Virus record (IMG/VR): IMGVR_UViG_3300045988_147571
Direction: 5' to 3' (one strand)
DNA: 64,000 bases
Source: a virus
The first letter of the stretch is position 1, and the number at the start of each line of letters is the position of its first letter. The position numbers and the translations under genes are program-made. The notes under the pieces were generated by a model. It worked only from the letters and a program-made list of their open reading frames with translations. It did not search any database and was not told the origin of the DNA. This document shows, one piece after another, positions 9,557 to 17,527 of this stretch.

Positions 9557-10363
9557 TTATCTAAACCTCTCAACAAGTTCAATCTTAGGACTTTCCAGAT
9601 TTGTCAAGATCGTATCTGTCGTATAAATCTTCTCAATCAGTCCATTGTTTTTCAGAAGCTCTCCATCATAAACAGTATTCTCACAATGAGTTACATAGAG
9701 ATAAATCTTACCTACACCGGCCTCTTTCAACTTTTTAGCACTATAATAAAAAGTACCTCCTTTGCTGCAGATATCATCTACAATAAGGATATCTTTACCT
9801 GGCAGTTGATTGATTTCTCCAGATAAATCTAAACCTTTAATTTCTCCGGTCTCCCAATCTCTATTCTTGATACCAAAAGTATATGGAAGATGTACTGCTG
9901 AAGAATATCTTTTCATAGCTCCAGCATCCGGATAAAACATCATAAGATTATTACTAGCAATCTTCTTAACAGCAGATTCAATCATTCGATTCGGGGATTC
10001 TACATGTACTTTATTAAATAATGCGGCAGATACATCAGAGTGAGGATCTAAAACTTCTACCTTATCAAAATGCAATGAATTAATAGTCTGAGCGAAGTAT
10101 TTTAAAGTGAATATCTCATTTTCTTTTTTAACTCGATCCATACGAGCATCTGGGACATAAGGCATGTATAAGTAAGGCATTACTTTATGATCCCAACAGT
10201 ATCGTGCAATATAAACTACTGCTGCGAATTCTTCCATTGAATCAAAAAACCATTCAATAATACTGCTATGCCATCCTCCAATAGATGATGGAATATTCTT
10301 AAATAAAAATGTTCCATCCGGATATTTATCAAGTTTGATTTCTACACCGTTTAATTTAATCAT
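9557..10363 (-). CDS. ribose-phosphate pyrophosphokinase-like protein (Prs family; candidate ADPR-pyrophosphokinase Adps of NARP1)
   Basis: 268 aa. ILIVDDICSKGGTFYYSAKKLKEAG is a PRPP-binding loop. VLDPHSDV and FYPDAGAMKRY parallel the Prs motifs DLH and SPD.G. Shorter than canonical Prs. Confidence 0.75.
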   Translation of the reverse strand: MIKLNGVEIKLDKYPDGTFLFKNIPSSIGGWHSSIIEWFFDSMEEFAAVVYIARYCWDHKVMPYLYMPYVPDARMDRVKKENEIFTLKYFAQTINSLHFDKVEVLDPHSDVSAALFNKVHVESPNRMIESAVKKIASNNLMMFYPDAGAMKRYSSAVHLPYTFGIKNRDWETGEIKGLDLSGEINQLPGKDILIVDDICSKGGTFYYSAKKLKEAGVGKIYLYVTHCENTVYDGELLKNNGLIEKIYTTDTILTNLESPKIELVERFR

Positions 10364-10718
10364 TCCAAATCTCCTTATAGTTTATTTTTCGCTGATCAAT
10401 GATGTTATCTCTTGTAAAAACAATCTCAAAATCTGAAATCTGCTTTGTACCAACAAGTTGAAACTCATAAACTTTATATCCAAGTTTCTGAAGTTCAAGA
10501 ACATCAGTAAGACTGAACCAGTGCTTTAATGTTTCTTTTGATGGTGCTGCTGAAAACCACCGTTTTCCATCTTCTCTGTATAGCTCATTGTCTTCCATTG
10601 GCAAATTTCTGCTTAATCCTTCTGAGAGCTGATCGAATACAGGATTCCAAGTTCCATCAAAGTTTCGCCACAGTCCATGTTTTTCAGCCTGATCTTCTAC
10701 TCTATATCCGAAAATCAT
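10356..10718 (-). CDS. hypothetical protein, translationally coupled between pncA and prs-like
   Basis: 120-aa ORF. Overlaps the prs-like start by 8 nt and begins 1 nt after the pncA stop. No motif recognised. Confidence 0.6.
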   Translation of the reverse strand: MIFGYRVEDQAEKHGLWRNFDGTWNPVFDQLSEGLSRNLPMEDNELYREDGKRWFSAAPSKETLKHWFSLTDVLELQKLGYKVYEFQLVGTKQISDFEIVFTRDNIIDQRKINYKEIWND

Positions 10719-10719
10719 T

Positions 10720-11253
10720 TTATTCTCCTTCTACTACATTGATCTGGCAACTTTTCATTACTTCCAGGGCAGCTTTATGCTTTTCCGGTGTAACTCCTGC
10801 ACAGCAGTTTGCGTATACTGTAATTTCTGTATTTGGATATAACATTCGTAGAACCAGAGCGTTTGACACCACACAAATATCTGTACAAACTCCCATTAAC
10901 TCAATTTCTTCCACTTCGTCATTTCTAAATACCATATTGAACATTTTGTCCCACGCATTATATCCAAATGTATACTTTCTTAAATAGAAACCTGCAATAT
11001 TTCTAAGTTCTGGGATAATCTGCCATCCATCTGAGTTGTCAATGCAATGTTTTACTGGAAGATATTTTCCTTCAAATGTTTCCATATAGTCTTCATCATG
11101 TGTATCTCTTGTAAAAAATGCAATATATCCTTCCGCTATAAGTTTTTCTGCACGTTCTTTTACATTGTCCACAATAGCAACTGCTTCTTTTGAACCAAGT
11201 GCGCCACGGATGAAATCATTTTGCATATCCACAATAATCAATGCTTTTGCCAT
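10720..11253 (-). CDS. pncA: nicotinamidase / isochorismatase-family hydrolase
   Basis: ALIIVDMQNDFIRGALG (catalytic Asp region) and GVCTDICVVSNA (catalytic Cys region). Confidence 0.85.
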   Translation of the reverse strand: MAKALIIVDMQNDFIRGALGSKEAVAIVDNVKERAEKLIAEGYIAFFTRDTHDEDYMETFEGKYLPVKHCIDNSDGWQIIPELRNIAGFYLRKYTFGYNAWDKMFNMVFRNDEVEEIELMGVCTDICVVSNALVLRMLYPNTEITVYANCCAGVTPEKHKAALEVMKSCQINVVEGE

Positions 11254-11272
11254 TTTATACTTCCTCTTGTTT

Positions 11273-11470
11273 TTATTTTTCTCTATTCATTATTTCTTTT
11301 ACTTTACTTTGTGTATCATAATTCAGCATTTTAATTGCATGTTTTACATCGTTTAAAGCCTTATGCCTAAATGTGTTTTTCTGTTGGTCGTTCATACCTC
11401 TTTCTATTCTATTACCCACAATTTCTAAAAGATCTGTATTGCTAAATATATCAATATCAATCATTTTCAT
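11273..11470 (-). CDS. hypothetical protein
   Basis: 65-aa ORF on the coding strand. Confidence 0.45.
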   Translation of the reverse strand: MKMIDIDIFSNTDLLEIVGNRIERGMNDQQKNTFRHKALNDVKHAIKMLNYDTQSKVKEIMNREK

Positions 11471-11490
11471 ATAGATTTCCTCATATTAAC

Positions 11491-11637
11491 TTAACAGGTA
11501 TATACTTTCCTCTCACATTCCGGACATACAGAATAAAAACGGTTTATGGAAAAGTATGGGTCAATTTCATATTCATTTGTTTTATATACACATTCGCAAT
11601 AATCACAACGGAATTTTTTAGTCGGCTTATATTTCAT
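11491..11637 (-). CDS. small zinc-ribbon protein (below ORF-track cutoff)
   Basis: My translation: MKYKPTKKFRCDYCECVYKTNEYEIDPYFSINRFYSVCPECERKVYTC (CxxC...CxxC). An in-frame ATG at 11662-11664 would add 9 aa. Confidence 0.4.
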   Translation of the reverse strand: MKYKPTKKFRCDYCECVYKTNEYEIDPYFSINRFYSVCPECERKVYTC

Positions 11638-11656
11638 ATAACCGCTTGATAATATT

Positions 11657-11740
11657 TTAATCATTCGGTGTACCTAGCGAACCTGTTACAAAATCATTCT
11701 GCACATCAATAACAATTAAAATTTTCTTTTTATTTTCCAC
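11657..11740 (-). pseudogene. 27-codon remnant of a second isochorismatase/nicotinamidase N-terminus
   Basis: Minus-strand translation VENKKKILIVIDVQNDFVTGSLGTPND* matches the N-terminus of the intact PncA (ALIIVDMQNDFIRGALGS) and then stops. Confidence 0.6.
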
Positions 11741-12356
11741 AAGTACTACCTCCAACCGTCATTCTCCCGAATGGATACTCTACAACTCTATAGCTACAAA
11801 GAATCTCCATTTCTTTAACAACGTCTCCTTTGCACATCTCTAATAAGACACCAACTTCTTCTGCTACTTTTTTAATTTCAACTTTTTTCTCTTCTGCTGA
11901 ACTTAAAGTAATAGTTCTCATTCCTCTGGTATAATCAGAAGTCATATCATAAATATTATTTGGTATTTCAACTTTAAACCCGGCATCTTTTAGATCATTC
12001 ATATGTAAAATTAAATCATGAGTATATTCATCTTCTGCAAGCAATTCCATTAATTTAATTTCAGTTTCCTTATCAATCTTTTCAATACTTCTTTTCTCCC
12101 AAAGCTTTACAACTGATGTAGAATTACCCACTGTTTTCACTTCCTCCTGTTCTGTCTGTAAAATATTTGATAAATTTTCTTCTTCTAAATAAAAATACCC
12201 AAAACTGGATTTTTCATTGTGTTTTCCAGGTACCTCTACCGCAACGCGGCCATTACCACATATGCCTTTAATGGTTCCACTTAAATGTAATAAATTACAG
12301 CATTGATATTTTTGGGGAACCGATATTATAAAGACTTTACTCCCTACTTGAAACAT
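11730..12356 (-). CDS. hypothetical protein
   Basis: ORF 11730-12386, but its first 10 codons overlap tRNA-Leu. The internal start MFQVGSKVFII at 12356 is preceded by GGGGTGA. Confidence 0.55.
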   Translation of the reverse strand: MFQVGSKVFIISVPQKYQCCNLLHLSGTIKGICGNGRVAVEVPGKHNEKSSFGYFYLEEENLSNILQTEQEEVKTVGNSTSVVKLWEKRSIEKIDKETEIKLMELLAEDEYTHDLILHMNDLKDAGFKVEIPNNIYDMTSDYTRGMRTITLSSAEEKKVEIKKVAEEVGVLLEMCKGDVVKEMEILCSYRVVEYPFGRMTVGGSTCGK

Positions 12357-12381
12357 ATTCTCACCCCTTTCACTTTTTAAA

Positions 12382-12463
12382 TCCACCCAGAGAGACTCGA
12401 ACTCTCACGCTATTAAGCATTAGAACCTAAATCTAACGTGTCTGCCAATTCCACCATGAGTGG
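12382..12463 (-). tRNA. tRNA-Leu (anticodon UAG), long variable arm
   Basis: Folded by hand (rc): CCACTCA TG GTG GAATTGGCAGA CAC G TTAGA TTTAGGT TCTAA [variable arm] GAGAG TTCGAGT CTCTC TGGGTGG A. No encoded CCA. Confidence 0.85.
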
Positions 12464-12651
12464 ATGTTGCTGACAGATTTTCATCTGCCAGCTTACTTAT
12501 GAAAAAAACGATTATATCTACATTTATTCACTACTTACCAGCCTTGTACAAACTAAGAGCCAAGTATAATCATGCTCATAAACTTTTACCAAGGATTTGA
12601 TAAATCTTTATTCTTTATGCTTTATTCTTTAATCTTTAAACTGGGATAAAC

Positions 12652-12700
12652 TTTGAATTTTGAATTTTAAGATTTGATATTTGAACTTTGAACTTTACAG
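12652..12700. repeat. seven tandem heptamers TTTGAAN
   Basis: TTTGAAT TTTGAAT TTTAAGA TTTGATA TTTGAAC TTTGAAC TTTACAG. Preceded by 2x CTTTATTCTTTA (12605-12630). Lies in the spacer between gene 12901-13539 and tRNA-Leu. Confidence 0.8.
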
Positions 12701-12900
12701 CAGGCTATCTGCCTCATCCAATAATATATATTAAGCTTACAGGTCCTATACGACCACGTAACCCTAATCCATTTTGTATTTTATACTATTATCTACTGTA
12801 TAAGTAATGCTGTGGTTTCTTTATTATTTTATATATGTCTAACCCAGCGAAAAGACATATAGATTATAGTTTAAAGTTTTCGATAAGCAGTGAATATGTA

Positions 12901-13539
12901 TTAATATGTAATTTCGATTTCTGTCAGAGAGTTACTTACTGAAAGTGCTGCATCTACTTCAGCAGTAAACTCTGCAATTTCTGTTTCTAAATCCTCCATT
13001 TCTTTAAGAACACCAATTGGATCAACAAGTTCCATTGTCTGAGCTTCTATGTAAGCTTCTCTAGTTTTTGTGAACTCTTCAGTAGAAGTTTTTCCCTCTT
13101 TACTACCATAGAGTCCAACAACATAATTTTCAGCCTTATCTTCCAATTTGCCATTCTCAGTTATGATCTGAGCCATGGCAGCATCATACTGTTTTTTGAT
13201 CTTCTGTTTTAAAAGCTTCTTGAAGTCCATTCCATGATTTTTCATTTCAATAGCTTCAGCTACTGTATACTCTTTATCAGCAACAGTGACCTTAGTTACT
13301 GCATTTGAAAGAACTACAGCTCTTTTAATAGCTTCTCTTCTCTTGATTAAGTCGGTTGCCTTATCATAAGAAGATTTCATAACCCCTGTGTAAACTTTAA
13401 TGTCCACACCTTTGACCTTAGTGTTAGAATGCTTATTTGAGATACAAGCCTCCACACTATTAATTGCTTTTACAATGCGGTCATCTAAGATTTTCAATTC
13501 CGCTAATGCTTTGTGTACATTCATTTTTTCTGTTGTCAT
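12901..13539 (-). CDS. hypothetical coiled-coil protein
   Basis: 212-aa ORF isolated inside the tRNA region. The N-terminal HKALAELKILDDRI pattern is vaguely DIP1984-like (weak, from memory). Confidence 0.6.
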   Translation of the reverse strand: MTTEKMNVHKALAELKILDDRIVKAINSVEACISNKHSNTKVKGVDIKVYTGVMKSSYDKATDLIKRREAIKRAVVLSNAVTKVTVADKEYTVAEAIEMKNHGMDFKKLLKQKIKKQYDAAMAQIITENGKLEDKAENYVVGLYGSKEGKTSTEEFTKTREAYIEAQTMELVDPIGVLKEMEDLETEIAEFTAEVDAALSVSNSLTEIEITY

Positions 13540-13783
13540 AATAAAGACCTCCTGAATTTTAAATTTTAATAGTTACTATTTTCTTTTGTTCAACAGTAAA
13601 CGCTACTTTACTGTCAGTTCTCTTATGAACTTCTTATCATTCATTTCTGATAAGATCATCCCTCATAACTGATGAATCAGTTGCTTTCGCAGTACAATCG
13701 CTTTACTACTATTCACGTTTTTTATATGTTTCTGGGATCATTGGGATTTAAACCAATTTTGTTACCATCTCAGGATCACAAAT

Positions 13784-13857
13784 ATGATAAGGATGGACTC
13801 GAACCACCGACCTCCGCCGTGACAGGGCGGCGCTCTAACCAACTGAGCTACTTATCA
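13784..13857 (-). tRNA. tRNA-Asp (anticodon GUC)
   Basis: rc: TGATAAG TA GCTC AGTTGGTTA GAGC G CCGCC CTGTCAC GGCGG AGGTC GGTGG TTCGAGT CCATC CTTATCA. Confidence 0.88.
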
Positions 13858-14078
13858 CTTTTCATGCATGACCTGTCATGCTGCAGTCATAACAGGATTA
13901 TGTGTTCTTTGATCAGCTCAATTCCCTACATTTTCTCTAAAGCTAGTACGTTTCTACTTTGGAAACAATCTCAAAATGTCACTGTCTTTCCAGTGCCATC
14001 TGATTTTACGTCCTAATCAGCAACGGCTCTTTCATATTGAAAATGGAGCTATAAAAGTCACTCCTTCGTCAGGAGAAA

Positions 14079-14152
14079 TGGAAACTCTGGGACTCGAACC
14101 CAGGACCGACCGGTTATGAGCCGGTTGCTCTAACCAACTGAGCTAAGTTTCC
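14079..14152 (-). tRNA. tRNA with CAU anticodon (elongator Met or Ile-lysidine type; not initiator-like)
   Basis: rc: GGAAACT TA GCTC AGTTGGTTA GAGC A ACCGG CTCATAA CCGGT CGGTC CTGGG TTCGAGT CCCAG AGTTTCC A. Lacks the three consecutive G-C pairs of initiator tRNAs. Confidence 0.88.
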
Positions 14153-14568
14153 ATAGTGGGTGAACTTTGAAAACACCCACATATAAAAACGTAACAACTA
14201 TAATGATTGATTTGTAATCTCACAACTACACGAACAATCGTCACCGTTCCTACACCCTCCAAGCTCTTATCGGAACCTCTGCATCCTCATCGTGGATTAC
14301 ATTTGCTCTTCACTAACTACACTCATGCATCACATGACTATTACCTTGCCTCAAACCTACACCTCGTCAGCTTAAGCACATCTATATAAATGTTTCGTAC
14401 ATCCAAACCATTACTACCAATGTACTGTGTTCCCTTCTTCGAACAGGTTCCAGTTATTAAACCATCCAAATTTTCACTTAAGTTTTATCTATGTTCGCCA
14501 TGAACATAAGTAGGTATACCTTAGTTCTAACAGTTACCTCTTTGGCCTTCAGAGTTAACTTAGAACTA

Positions 14569-14640
14569 CGGGGTAGATGGGGTTCGAACCCATGAATGCT
14601 GGAGTCAAATTCCAGAGCCTTACCGCTTGGCTACTACCCT
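14569..14640 (-). tRNA. tRNA-Gln (anticodon UUG)
   Basis: rc: AGGGTAG TA GCCAAGCGGTAAGGCT CTGGA ATTTGAC TCCAG CATTC ATGGG TTCGAAC CCCAT CTACCCC G. Closely parallels the E. coli tRNA-Gln layout, including an unpaired 1-72 position. Confidence 0.85.
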
Positions 14641-14677
14641 CTATAGATACCTATAAAGGTACCTATATATAGATTAT

Positions 14678-15778
14678 TTACACTGTATAATGCAATTCTC
14701 TACTTTTTGTTCTTACAAAAGTCATATATGCTGGTTTCATTGCTTCGATAATCTTTTTATCTTCATCATCATTGTAGTAATTATCACTTTCTAATTTAAT
14801 ATCATTGCCAGATACATAAATGATGCCTTTCTTATGATCAAACTCGCAATCAAGAACCTTACAAGAAGCATCTACATAAGTTCCTTTAAAGCAGAATTCC
14901 GGTTCAATCCTTGCACTTTTATCAAAGAAATCAATGGCCAATTTTGTGGTTGCCTCAGAACCATCTTCAAGATGTAGAGTGACTTCATACATAATACTGT
15001 TTAAATTAATAATATTTAGATCTTTGATTGCTGTTTCAAAAGGTTCTCCAAAGTTTAATTCAAATGCAATTGCTCTTAAGCAGTCATAGTTTAAATCTAC
15101 TTTGTGAGCAAAAGAAATTACTTTTTCAATTTCGCTGTAATACTGTTTATCCAACTTATCTTCTAAATACTCTGTAATTTCAGCATCTGACGGATACTCA
15201 AATCTAAAGTGATAGTGGAACCTTCCAGGTCTGTTTACTAAATAACTATTTAACGAGTTGAGGTCGTTACAAGTAATCACAAACATTTTCTTCCCTTGGG
15301 ACAATCCATCAAACAATGTAAGCATTTCTGTTTGAGGATCTGCCATGCCATCAGCAGCTTTAATACTACCAAATGTTTTATCAAATTCATCAAACAGTAT
15401 CATTACTTCCTGTTCAATTTCTTCTATGAAACTTGCAATTCCAGGAATATACGTGTCTACAATGATAACTGGTAAACCAACTTTTGTCGCTTCCACAGCC
15501 AATGTCTTTGCAAACAATGATTTGCCGATTCCTTTATTGCCTGACAGGATAACGCCAAGGTTCTTTTCTGCTTTTGGGAAAGCTTTAAGAACTTTTGCAA
15601 CCTTACTCATATGTACTCCGTAGGTTTTTTCTTTGATTTCTATGTCTGCATATTTTTCTAAAAAGAAACCAGAATTCTTTTGAAACCTCACAACATAATT
15701 CTGAGCCGGAAGCTTGTCAAAAGTTTCTAATGAATCGTCGTAAGTTCTAAATGTGTTTCCTACCTTAATAATTCTCAT
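14678..15778 (-). CDS. AAA+ ATPase
   Basis: Walker A GVILSGNKGIGKSLFAKT, Walker B VMILFDEFDK. 366 aa. Confidence 0.8.
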   Translation of the reverse strand: MRIIKVGNTFRTYDDSLETFDKLPAQNYVVRFQKNSGFFLEKYADIEIKEKTYGVHMSKVAKVLKAFPKAEKNLGVILSGNKGIGKSLFAKTLAVEATKVGLPVIIVDTYIPGIASFIEEIEQEVMILFDEFDKTFGSIKAADGMADPQTEMLTLFDGLSQGKKMFVITCNDLNSLNSYLVNRPGRFHYHFRFEYPSDAEITEYLEDKLDKQYYSEIEKVISFAHKVDLNYDCLRAIAFELNFGEPFETAIKDLNIINLNSIMYEVTLHLEDGSEATTKLAIDFFDKSARIEPEFCFKGTYVDASCKVLDCEFDHKKGIIYVSGNDIKLESDNYYNDDEDKKIIEAMKPAYMTFVRTKSRELHYTV

Positions 15779-15818
15779 TTTTTATTCTCCTGTTTTATAT
15801 CATTGTTTATATCGAAAA

Positions 15819-16721
15819 TCAATGCCCTTTAACATCTGCTTCATGTAATAGCATCACATCTGAAAACATCTGTTTTCCAATTAAATACTTATCTTTATTC
15901 TTTGCCTTGTTTGATTGCGACCATGATAAATAGGGATGCATATGATAATAAATCAAATTTGCTGTATAAAAAGCATCATATATATCTTTTCCTGTAACCA
16001 CACCGGAAAAATCAAAACATGTTAAATATTCATAAGCTCCAACACAATGATGCTGATAATAGTGACAGTAATCATCCTCTTCACCTTTTCCATTAATTCT
16101 TGATTTAGTGAAAAGCTTTCCAATATCATGGAGACTGGCTGCCACCCATAAGTTTTCTTCTCTAGGTACCCCATCTGAAACCTTTTTCAGATGTTCATAA
16201 AGAGTCAAAGAGTGATGTGGATTCTCTTGATCGAAGTCACGAGCCATATCTATTAATTCTTTTATATCTTTATGATCATCTTGTATAACTCTAATTTCAT
16301 TGAACCCTTCATGGTACATTGGTGGAGAAAATACTTTTCTCATTCTGGTAATCACTTCGTCTGGAACTGAATTTTCCCTTTTTGAGTTATCCTCTAAACA
16401 TTTTTCATATGTTTTCAAAAATACAACGCATGTTTTATAAACATGTTTAGGAACTGTTTTTAAAAAATGCACTCTTCTTTTCTTTACCAAATTAGTAGCA
16501 TCATAAATAACCGAATGCATTTTCAAATCTTCCAGTATTCTACGATGCAGTTCTTCAAATACTTTACTGTTGTCTGCGTCATCATAATTATCTCCATACA
16601 TTTCTTCTCTGAGCTTATCAGAAGAGTGCACTATATAATCAGGATGAGTTTCTGAATACTCTTTAGCCCATGTACTTTTACCGGAAGCAGGTAAACCTAC
16701 CAGCATAATTAATTCATTCAT
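15819..16721 (-). CDS. P-loop kinase fused to HD phosphohydrolase domain (polynucleotide end-healing type)
   Basis: MNELIMLVGLPASGKSTWA (P-loop) then HHSL...ASLHDIGK...HEADVKGH (HD domain). I chose the start at 16721 (TAATG overlap with the upstream stop). Confidence 0.75.
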   Translation of the reverse strand: MNELIMLVGLPASGKSTWAKEYSETHPDYIVHSSDKLREEMYGDNYDDADNSKVFEELHRRILEDLKMHSVIYDATNLVKKRRVHFLKTVPKHVYKTCVVFLKTYEKCLEDNSKRENSVPDEVITRMRKVFSPPMYHEGFNEIRVIQDDHKDIKELIDMARDFDQENPHHSLTLYEHLKKVSDGVPREENLWVAASLHDIGKLFTKSRINGKGEEDDYCHYYQHHCVGAYEYLTCFDFSGVVTGKDIYDAFYTANLIYYHMHPYLSWSQSNKAKNKDKYLIGKQMFSDVMLLHEADVKGH

Positions 16722-17356
16722 TATGTAATCTCCTCTATTTCTTTGCAAATCTTCTCTGCTATTTCTTTAGATATGTACTTCTGATTAAAAAACTCTTGTC
16801 CAATATCTGATCTAATTTGATATTTTTGATTATCTGGATTAGGCTTCCCTTCTCCGTTTACAATTTGAGGCAACGAAGCAGTCTGAAGATAATCTATATA
16901 GTATAAATCCTCTTTTATGCTTCTTCGTTTCTCTCTAATCACTTTCCTAATTTTATATGCCCAATATCCAGAAGTAACATTCAGTTTATTAAATTCTATA
17001 TAGTGATCAAGATCCTGAGATATAAGCTCCAGTTCCTTTAGCTGTTTTTCTAAAGGTTTTCTATTACCTAATATTTCTTTAATAGGCAATATGCTGTCAT
17101 CTATTTTCTTTTTATAATCACCAATCTCTACAAGAGATTTATTCTGCTGTACAAAACCAACTCTCTCATCAACTGATGTTACTTTCCAAGGGGCGTATAT
17201 GCTTAAATTTTTAGGAATTGTTGATATCCTGTTTAAAGCTTTCGGTACATTGTCAAACTTCTGAGCAGATTTTAAATCCACTACATGAGGAGGATTTCCA
17301 TGTTTAAATACCAAATAATTTCCAGGATATTTTTCACTTTCTAAAACATATCTCAT
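16721..17356 (-). CDS. hypothetical protein
   Basis: 211-aa ORF. First gene downstream of the tandem promoters at 17383-17527. Confidence 0.6.
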   Translation of the reverse strand: MRYVLESEKYPGNYLVFKHGNPPHVVDLKSAQKFDNVPKALNRISTIPKNLSIYAPWKVTSVDERVGFVQQNKSLVEIGDYKKKIDDSILPIKEILGNRKPLEKQLKELELISQDLDHYIEFNKLNVTSGYWAYKIRKVIREKRRSIKEDLYYIDYLQTASLPQIVNGEGKPNPDNQKYQIRSDIGQEFFNQKYISKEIAEKICKEIEEIT

Positions 17357-17382
17357 TTTCCTCTTCCTTTTGTGATATATGT

Positions 17383-17435
17383 ATTATAACATACTTCGTA
17401 TTCTGTGTCAACAAGTTTTTTTACAAACTTGTTTA
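17383..17435 (-). promoter_or_regulatory. consensus sigma70-type promoter with upstream AAACAAGTTTGTAAA element
   Basis: rc reads AAACAAGTTTGTAAAAAAACTTG TTGACA (17406-17411) cagaatacgaagtatgt (17 nt) TATAAT (17383-17388), ~25 nt upstream of the ATG at 17356. Confidence 0.75.
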
Positions 17436-17473
17436 TCGGTTGAAACTATTCTCCTTTCTCTTAACTTGTTCTA

Positions 17474-17527
17474 AGTATACCATAGTCATTTCACCTTGTC
17501 AACACTTTTTTTACAAACTTGTTTATA
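17474..17527 (-). promoter_or_regulatory. second tandem promoter with the same upstream element, embedded in the ligA 3' end
   Basis: rc reads AAACAAGTTTGTAAAAAAAGTG TTGACA (17497-17502) aggtgaaatgactatgg (17 nt) TATACT (17474-17479). Confidence 0.65.

Noticed and set aside
12543-12570. Plus-strand promoter-like TTGTAC-n15-TATAAT in the tRNA spacer
   Set aside because: The spacer is too short and no plus-strand gene or structure lies downstream. It is probably a chance match in AT-rich DNA.
12601-12700. CRISPR-like array or minisatellite
   Set aside because: The repeat units are only 7-12 nt, are contiguous without spacers, and no cas genes are present.
13731-13784. T-arm-like segment (ATTGG-TTTAAAT-CCAAT) next to tRNA-Asp
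   Set aside because: Only about 48 nt of tRNA-like sequence, with no complete cloverleaf. It may be a degraded tRNA, but this is not supportable.
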